This document shows positions 56,772-64,000 of a DNA stretch of 64,000 bases, piece after piece. Source of the stretch: Cyanophora paradoxa CCMP329. Its lineage: Eukaryota; Plantae; Glaucophyta. The notes under the pieces are model-generated. The model was not told the origin of the DNA. It ran no database searches and saw only the letters and a list, made by a program, of their open reading frames with translations. The DNA lies in the NCBI GenBank assembly GCA_004431415.1, contig QPMI01000007.1, forward strand, positions 1 through 64,000. The letters are read 5' to 3'. A program made the translations under genes and the position numbers. Each line of letters begins with the position of its first letter. The first letter of the stretch is position 1.

Positions 56772-59700
56772 TCACGGGCTGAGGACGGGGATGGCCCACG
56801 AGGGGGAGGCGGCGGGCGGCTGCCCGCCGCCGTACGTGCAGCGGATGTGCACGTGGTACGTCCGCACGACCTGCCCCGACTCCGTGTAGGACCTGTTGCT
56901 CGGCTTTAGGGAGCGCGTGGGGCGGCGTCGGGCTCGAGGCTAGCTATAGGTGGACGAATATGTACCCGGGGGCGACGTAGGGGGAGAGGTGGACCGTGGA
57001 AAAGTCCTCGCGGCACGTCTGGTTCCAGAAGGCGTAGGGCGCCCCGTCGAGCGTCTGCATGCCCGCCGCCCCGAGCAGCGCGTCCCCCGCCGCCCCGAGC
57101 AGCGCGTCCCCCGCCGCCCCGAGCAGCGCGTCCCCCGCCGCCCCGAGCAGCGCGTCCCCCGCCGCCCCGAGCAGCGCGTCCCCCGCCGCCCGAGCAGCGC
57201 GTCCCCGCCGCCCCGAGCAGCGCGTCCCCCGCCGCCCGAGCAGCGCGTCCCCGCCGCCCGAGCAGCGCGTCCCCGCCGCCCCGAGCAGCGCGTCCCCGCC
57301 GCCCCGAGCAGCGCGTCCCCGCCGCCCGAGCAGCGCGTCCCCGCCCCGAGCAGCGCGTCCCGCCGCCCGAGCAGCGCGTCCCCCGCCGCCCCGAGCAGCG
57401 CGTCCCCGCCGCCCGAGCAGCGCGTCCCCCGCCGCCCCGAGCAGCGCGTCCCCCGCCGCCCGCACGACGACGCGGCACGCGGCCGCGTGGTCCGCGCACT
57501 CGTCGCTCATCGCGAAGCTGCGCAGCGCAGGTCATTCGGTCAGTCTGGAATCTCAGTCTTCTCGGCCGGGCGCACGGGAGTTTGACGGGGACGAGGGCGG
57601 GGCGGCCGCCGACGGCGCCCGCGAGCGCGGCGGGCTGGGGCGGCCCAAGCTGCCGCACGGCCGGCGGGTTCGCCCGCTGCACGTTGACAGTGACGGGGCA
57701 GTCGGAGCCGGCCGGGAAGCGGGACGAGTAGAGGCGCATCGCGTAGCTCTGGCCCACGACGAGCTGCGCGGGGGGCCGGGGTCAGGTTACGTTGACGCTG
57801 TACCCGGAGGTCATTGCAGAATTCGAAGCGGAAACGCACCTGGGTGCCCGCCGGGATGCTCTGCACGGTGCTCGCGTCCGCCGCGACGTGGCGCAGGCAC
57901 GGCGTGGCGAAGAGGAGCCCGTCGCGCAGGTCGGGCGCGGGCGCCGTGCACTGCCCGCTCGGCACCGCCATCGTGCGCGTCCGAGGGGGGCAGACCGCCC
58001 CCGCGAAGGGGCCGTGGATGTCCGCGACGGTGATGGTGAAGGTGCAGCTGCCGCGCGGGCCGGCGCCCGACTGGTTGTCGATCGCGAAGGTCGCCGTGTA
58101 CTTCCCTGTGCTGGAGCTCGGCAAGCCGGCGGCGGACCACGCGCCGGAGACGGGCGCGGCGATGGCGGGCAGGAGCGTCAGGTCGGCCCGCGGGCTCTGC
58201 GTCACGTTCACGCGCCCGCTCCAGTTGCCGAAGTTGACGAGGAGCTGCTTGAGGTCTGGCATGCGCGCGCCGCAGACCGACGCGGCCGACCCCGACGGCA
58301 GCGGCTCGAGCTTCTCCAGCGTGATGCCGCCCGGGCACTGCACGTCGTAGTACTGCGTCGGCGGCTGGTACGCGGGGCACGTCGAGCCGCCGGCGCCGGT
58401 GCCGCCGCTCGAGCTGCCGCCGCTGCCGCTGGTGGGAGGCCGCGGCCAGGGCCCCGCCCCGACGGTGTTGTTGCAGTCGGCGTCCGACACGACCAAAGCG
58501 AAGTCGCCTGAGGCAACGCAATTTCAGTGGCCTGCGTCACACACAGTGCCTTCGAGAAATCAACGCGGGGTGCACCAGTGCGGTTCGAATCGGCGGCGAT
58601 GACCCCCTCAACCACGATGTAGAAGGGGGCCTGGGGCTGCAGCGTGTGGAAAGCCTCCGTGATCGTCATCTCGCAGCCCTGTGTCACTGCACAAGAGGCC
58701 CAGTAAAGCTCAGTAATTGAGCCGAATAGTTTATGAATTCAGATGAACACGGCCGCACCCGACTTCACGAGGCGGCTGGAGTTGCTGGTTGGGCATCCAA
58801 TGTACGAGTAGATTGTTGGAACGAAGTCGAGATCGATCGAACATACGGAAATGTAGACGCTCGTTCTGCGACGTTTGATGGGTCAGAGGCCGGCCGCGCA
58901 GTTGCAGATCTAGACGTCGAAGTTTGTTAGGATGTTTCGCTCACGTGGTTCGGCGGATGTCGGAGACCTGAAAGATGGCGCGAATAGCCGCCCCCGCGTT
59001 CGGGAACCCGATGGAGGAGGCCAAGGGCCAGTCCTTCAGGCGCGATCGCGTCGTGCCGCAGAAGGGCGCATTGAGCGTCGGTACGGCCGCCGGGCAGAAC
59101 GGGCCTGCGGAAACAGTTAGGTGTACCGTAGTACATGTAGACAAATATAAACCTCGCAATTGGAGCACGGGTTTCGCGCACGGTATTCTGGCACGACGCC
59201 TCGCGTGCAGTATGCAACTTTGTTTGGGTAGGAGAGAAGTGATAGATCCGCCGGGCGCCACGCATCAGCACAGGGACTGGGACAAGAATACATCTGGTGC
59301 GCTAGCAACACATAGTACTGGCCTGCCGATCGAAGGGAGTCAGATGCTCGGACGTCGAAACGTATTATAAAACTAAAGATAAGCGATCACCGGCGAGGAG
59401 TTCGGGGGGCAGCAAAAGTTCCATTGTTCCTCCGAAGCCGTTCAAAGAAACGCCCCCAAAATACGATATTGAAGAAACTGCAGAAGCTGGGAGAACGCGC
59501 GTGAGATTCCGAGTCGCTCGCTATTGAGACTTATAATTAAGCTTGCAGCTCACCAATCAGCCGGCCGCGGCGTGAAGCGTCGGCGGAGGTCAGGTTGGGG
59601 CAGCGGTCGAAGACCGCAAACGCTTTGAGGTTGTTTGTGCGCAGCGTGATCCTAAAGCTCCCCGAGCTGACGCCGAACGGGACACGGAAGCGCGCGACCA

Positions 59701-62700
59701 TGAAGCGCGTCGTGCTGTGCACTGGCTGGAAATTGACCATCGTCATGAGGAGAGCGTCGGGGTGCAAGGTGGAGGGTATCAGAGGGTTGATCGAGTTCGT
59801 CACGGTGCTCGTGACTGCGACCGACCCGCACTCGAGCATGTCGAACGCCGGGTACGGGCACGTCTCGGTCTTCGAAAGCGGCAGGCTTACATCAAGACAC
59901 CTGCGCATGCAACGCATGACACGCGATAGCTATCATAATCAGCCAAAAGGATCGGAGACGGCCAAGTTAAGAGACGCACGTTCTGTCGTAGAGGGAGATG
60001 CCGAACAGGCCGTCGGTGCCCCTCCCGATCTGGTTGGGGTCGTCGGGTGCGACCCATCTCCCCTGGAAGAGCATGTAGTAGGTCCCGGGCTTGAGGAGGC
60101 CGTCCGCCGGGAGGGTGAAGGGCAGGTGGGAGGGGAGGAGGGGGTTGCCGATGTAGAACTTGTGGTAGATGCTCGAGACTTCGGTGCGGTAGACCTGGGG
60201 CACGAATCCAGCACTGGCAAATAAATTAGAGATGGAACAGAACAACCCAGCACAAGCTTAAGGTGAGCAGTCTTGAGACTTCGCACCGGTCGCTTTCTAC
60301 ACGGAGCCTCGTCACGAAGACGCCGCCGCGCCGGGAGAGCGGGGAGGGTATGTCGATGACACCCGTCGATGGCCAGTTTGCCTGCGCATGCGAACGAATC
60401 GCCGAGTCAAGTGATCGCGATCTGTAGTGCATGCGCAGCGACGCTGCCGCACCTCGTTGCGGTGGCCCCCCGTCCAGAGAACGGAAGTGGTCCCCGAAAC
60501 CGTCGAGCACACGGACATCGGAGCGCCGAGCGCCGAGTAGTTGTAGGCAGCGGGACCCGGCTGGCTCGCCATCCCTGCGGCAAGCTGTTGAGCGGGAGCA
60601 TTATTAATGTCTCGAAGGGCGTCGTCGTACCCGGAAAGCCGAGCTGCGTTGCGCTCGCGAGGCGGTTCGGCGTGTTGAGCTCGAGGCCGGCCGGGTCCAG
60701 CAGAGGCGGGGACCCCGAGACGAGCGCCGCCTCGACGTCCGAGGGCGACGCGGCGGGGAAGGCCTCGCGGTACAGGGCGGCAAGGCCCGCGACGACGGCG
60801 GCGGAGTACGAAGTGCCGTGCGCCACGCCGTGGTCGATTGTGTGGACGCCGTTCATCTCGGCGACCGGCGTGACGAAATACGCTGGAGAAGATGCTTAGA
60901 GGCTGTGTGCGTGCGTGAAAATACAAGAGGCGGACCTGGACACGCCGAGAGGACTCTGCGCTGCCTCGCGACTCGCATGTTCTGTCCGGGGGCGAGGAGG
61001 GAGACGCAGGGGCCCCAGTTCGAGAAGCCCGTGCGGAAGTCGTCCTGGTCGCTCGCGCCGACGTTGATGGCATTCGGCGAGTTGCCGGGCGGGTAGCGGC
61101 ACGCGTCGGCGTCGTCGTTGCCCGCCGCCTGCGCCACCCTCGATCAGCGCGATTGCATGCGCGCACCGAGCAAACGCACCGTGATCACGACCGCTCCCGC
61201 CGCCCGCAGGCTGTGCGCCGCGGCGCGCATTATCGATATCGTTCCGAATCTCTTATATATATATCTTAGGTCAGAAGAACCTCTCACCTCGAGAACGCCT
61301 CGGTGTACGCCGCGTTGATCGCGCTCGAGAGGGCGTCGCTGGCCTTCGTGGACGCGAGGCCCAGCAGGACGACCGCGGGGCGGCCCGGGCGCGACTGGAT
61401 CCGCCTTAGCACGGCGTCCACACCGCCGATGACGTCGGCGTCCGTCGCGACGGCTTTGCAGGCGCTGTTCGGGTCGGTCGTCGAGACGCGCTGGAAGACT
61501 TTGGCGGCGAGGACCGTCGCGTTGGGGGCGACGCCGACGGTCCTCCCCGCGGCGATGGACGCGACGGCCGTGCCGTGCAGGTCTGCGTCGCAGTCAGCGG
61601 CCCAGGCGGCGCTCGTGTTGCCGTAGTTGCTGCTGTCCGCGTCGTAGAATCGGATCTGCGCGCGCAGCACATCATCACACACCGACATGAGCATCGCCGG
61701 CGCATGAGAAAGGAGGTACCGTGCGGTTTGCGAGCTCCGGGTGGGAGTCGACGACGCCCGTGTCCAGGACGTAGATGTCGACGCCGGTGCCCGTGAGGCC
61801 GCCCGGCTCGAAGCGCCCGTCGAGCGCGTTCGAGGCCTGGTCCAGCCTGCGCGGCGTTAACGTTGAATTTCGAGGGAATTCGAGGCCAGGGCCGCGGACC
61901 GGTCGAGGTGCCAGGGCCGGACTGCGGAGGCGTTCCACGGCACCAGCGAGGGGAAGACCGTCGTCAGGTCGAGCGGGAGCTCCGCGGGCCTCACGTGCTG
62001 CGTACGGATCGGAGCGCGGCCGTGATCAGCGGATCCGGAGGGAGAGTCGAGCGCGCGGCGGCGCGGCGGGCCGGGGCGCACCCCGACCGGGACGATGTAC
62101 TTGATATCCTCGTGGGCGGCCAGCTCGTCTCGGATCTCCGGCGAGAGCCTTCGCGCGCGTCAGCTGCAGGCCGGGGCTCTGGGCCGGGCGCGTGTAGGGT
62201 CTGGGCAGCGGCGCACCGGGCGGAGAAGCCGCGCATGGCGTGGTGGTAGGAGCGGTGGAAGACGGCGTGGCCGGCGTCGGTGCCGTGGACGCCGCGGGCC
62301 CGGGCCCGGGCGTGCGCCTTGACCCGCTCCACGTGCGCCCCCGCGTCGACGTTCTCCCGCGGGTGAAGGCCCTGCACGAGCGCGCGCACGCGTCAGGCTT
62401 GGTGTGCCGGCGAGGTCAAGCGTGGCGGAGGGCGCGCGCACGATGATGTACATCTGCTCGGAGGCGGCTCCGGTGTCTGCCTCGGGGCCCGAGCCCGGGC
62501 CGGGCCGGCCGGCGGTGGCGCCCGGCGCCGGCCGTGGCGCGCGTGCGGTCGGGGAATCGATGCCGGCGCAGCCGGGCCATGGCCATCGCCAAGGCCCGCA
62601 GTTTCCGCGTCCCTGCCGCGGCCGTCGCCCAGGGCGCCCTCGAGGCTTCGGACCCGCGTGGAGACCGTGTCAAGGACGCGGCGCAGCTCCAGCAGCTCCG

Positions 62701-62980
62701 CGCGCATCTGCGCCCGCTGATCCTCCGTTTGGCCGTGGCCGTGCACGTGGTCCTCAGCGCGCTGCTGCTGGCCATGGCCTGCTGCTGCATCGGAGCCCTC
62801 TGCGGCCGTTACGGAGCCTGCGACGAGGGCGAGGCAGACGAGCGCGCTCAACACGGCCGGCCGAAGGAGGCCCGACGAGCCGAATCCGGATCCGCGAGCC
62901 AGGAGCTGCCGCCGGCCGCGGACCGGCGCGCGCGCCGCACGGCCAGGTTCTGCACTCGCGCATCTCCCCATCTTCATCAT
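56772..62980 (-). CDS. Secreted or membrane-anchored subtilisin-like S8A (proteinase K-type) protease with an I9-like propeptide and a long C-terminal extension with HYR-like repeats
   Basis: Hydrophobic LSALVCLALVAGSVTA; propeptide YHHAMRGFSA; catalytic triad VDIYVLDTGV, HGTAVASIAAG, GTSYSAAVVAG; oxyanion AAGN; FSNWGPCVSLLAPG. C-terminal MPDL...VTQSP...SCTFTITVAD...CP repeats. Last exon ends WAIPVLSP*. Confidence 0.85.
57061..57463. repeat. Intronic minisatellite, about 17 copies of a 21-24-bp unit
   Basis: Unit GCCGCCCCGAGCAGCGCGTCCCCC with variable C-run length. It lies within a GT..AG intron of the subtilase gene (exons ...CRVV|TLDGAP...). Confidence 0.95.
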
Positions 62981-63014
62981 ACTGGTATCAGCGCGTCGGC
63001 GCAGCTGCTGACCC

Positions 63015-63320
63015 AGTGCTAGTCTGCTAGCTATCGCCGCGCGCGCGCGCGCTAGCGGCGCGGCTTAAGCTTGCACTAGTACTCGCGCGCGCGTGCGCGC
63101 TAGAGCAAGCTTAAGCTTGCTGCCAAGAATCTCATAATCAAGCTTGCAATTGCTGCAGGCTGCAGCCTGCAGGCTGCAGCCTCGAGCTCCCGCAGGGCCG
63201 CAGCCTCGAGCTCGGGGCCCGGGGCCGCAGCCCCGCAGGGCCGGCGCCGTCGCAGGCCCGTGGCCCCGCGGCCGTGGTAAAAGCTTCAAGGCCTTAAGCT
63301 CCATGCATGAATGCAAAACT
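63015..63320. repeat. Palindrome-chain spacer upstream of the subtilase gene
   Basis: AGCAAGCTTAAGCTTGCT (63104-63121, perfect 18-bp palindrome), (GC)n, ACTAGTACT, CTGCAGGCTGCAGCCTGCAGGCTGCAGC, CTCGAGCTC, CATGCATG. Confidence 0.8.
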
Positions 63321-64000
63321 GGCGTGTGTCCGCCAGGCAGTTAGGAGCTAGGCGGTCCCAGATGGGAGGCTCAGTGCTCCTGATGTCTGCGAGCACACGA
63401 CCGGCGCGCTGGTGCGCGTGGAGCGGTGGTCTAGATCTTTTCGCGTGCGCCAGCCCGGGGTACACGATGTATGCGCCCCACCGTGCGGCCGGTGCGGCGC
63501 GGCTGGCGCCGGTACAATGGGTACATCCTTCCCGATCAAACCCTCAGCTCGCCAGCCGCGCGCCGTGCTTAGGCCTCGCGGCCGAAGAGATGGACCGCCG
63601 ACCGTCCGAGCATCCATGAGCATCCGAGCATCGCTGCCGACCGGAGAGACCGGCGCATGCCGACCATCTTCAAGGTTCAGAACGCGCCTCGTTTTCGCGC
63701 AGCCGCGCGCCTCGACCCGTCGCGCGACTTCGGCGCCTGTGGCCATGGCGCCCGACCGCAGCCCTCGCGCCGCGTGCGATCGATTCAGGCAGAGCAGCTA
63801 CTGCACGCACTCTGGTGCCCCGAGCCGTACCGCCGCGCGCGTGTTCGGCGCCGCCGCCGCGTCCCTCCTCTCTCGCCTCACAACCGCCGCAGCAAGCGTT
63901 TGGAGCAGTTGTGACGCGCTCCGGACGGCGGCAGGACGCGCGGACGCGGCTTATGCGCGCCCGCGAGGCGAACGTCGTCTAGGCTCGGGCACACGCGGAG

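Noticed and set aside
57061-57463. Regular repeat array resembling CRISPR, or a coding repeat (AAGDALLG)n
   Set aside because: Units are head-to-tail with no unique spacers, vary only in C-run length and lie inside a GT-AG intron; no cas genes are present. It is an ordinary minisatellite.
1-62980. Introner-like family of near-identical introns
   Set aside because: Introns share length and short motifs but, apart from the one Sen1 tandem duplication, I could not see extended sequence identity or shared TIRs between them.
63657-63914. Possible small spliced gene start (MPTIFK|AEQLLHAL...) near the window end
   Set aside because: It splices to only a very short peptide with no homology cue; insufficient support.
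1-64000. Hundreds of long Arg/Pro/Ala/Gly-rich ORFs and apparent antisense overlapping genes
   Set aside because: Expected from stop-codon scarcity at high GC; they are shadow frames of spliced genes and lack conserved motifs.

Overview
Eukaryotic, very GC-rich (visually about 65-70%), intron-dense genomic DNA from a protist or alga. Introns are mostly about 50-80 nt, with GTGCGC/GTCCGC-type donors, a CTGAC-like branch point and YAG acceptors. The style is compatible with a glaucophyte-like genome, but this is unverified. Most of the supplied ORFs are GC-driven noise; I rebuilt genes by hand-splicing against conserved motifs, so outer coordinates are approximate. About 14 gene models are supported: a bacterial-type aldose 1-epimerase (3' part), BolA, an ARID+PHD protein, Sen1/senataxin, an ABCG half-transporter, a TTC3-like TPR/PAM2/double-RING protein with an unrecognised N-terminal repeat, a spherulin-4/GH135-domain protein, mitochondrial KAS (OXSM-like), a PRL phosphatase, a broken TM-coiled-coil-RING gene, a small orphan gene, UBE2O, a CaMK1-like kinase, a Mei2-like RRM protein and an S8 subtilase with HYR-like repeats. 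No rRNA, tRNA, CRISPR array or transposase was seen. The most striking unexplained signals are non-coding: (1) spacers and long introns built from chains of overlapping palindromes and locally re-copied patchwork sequence, suggesting a fold-back/templated-insertion process; (2) frequent GC-AG introns; (3) regional clusters of a GTACCCC motif in introns.
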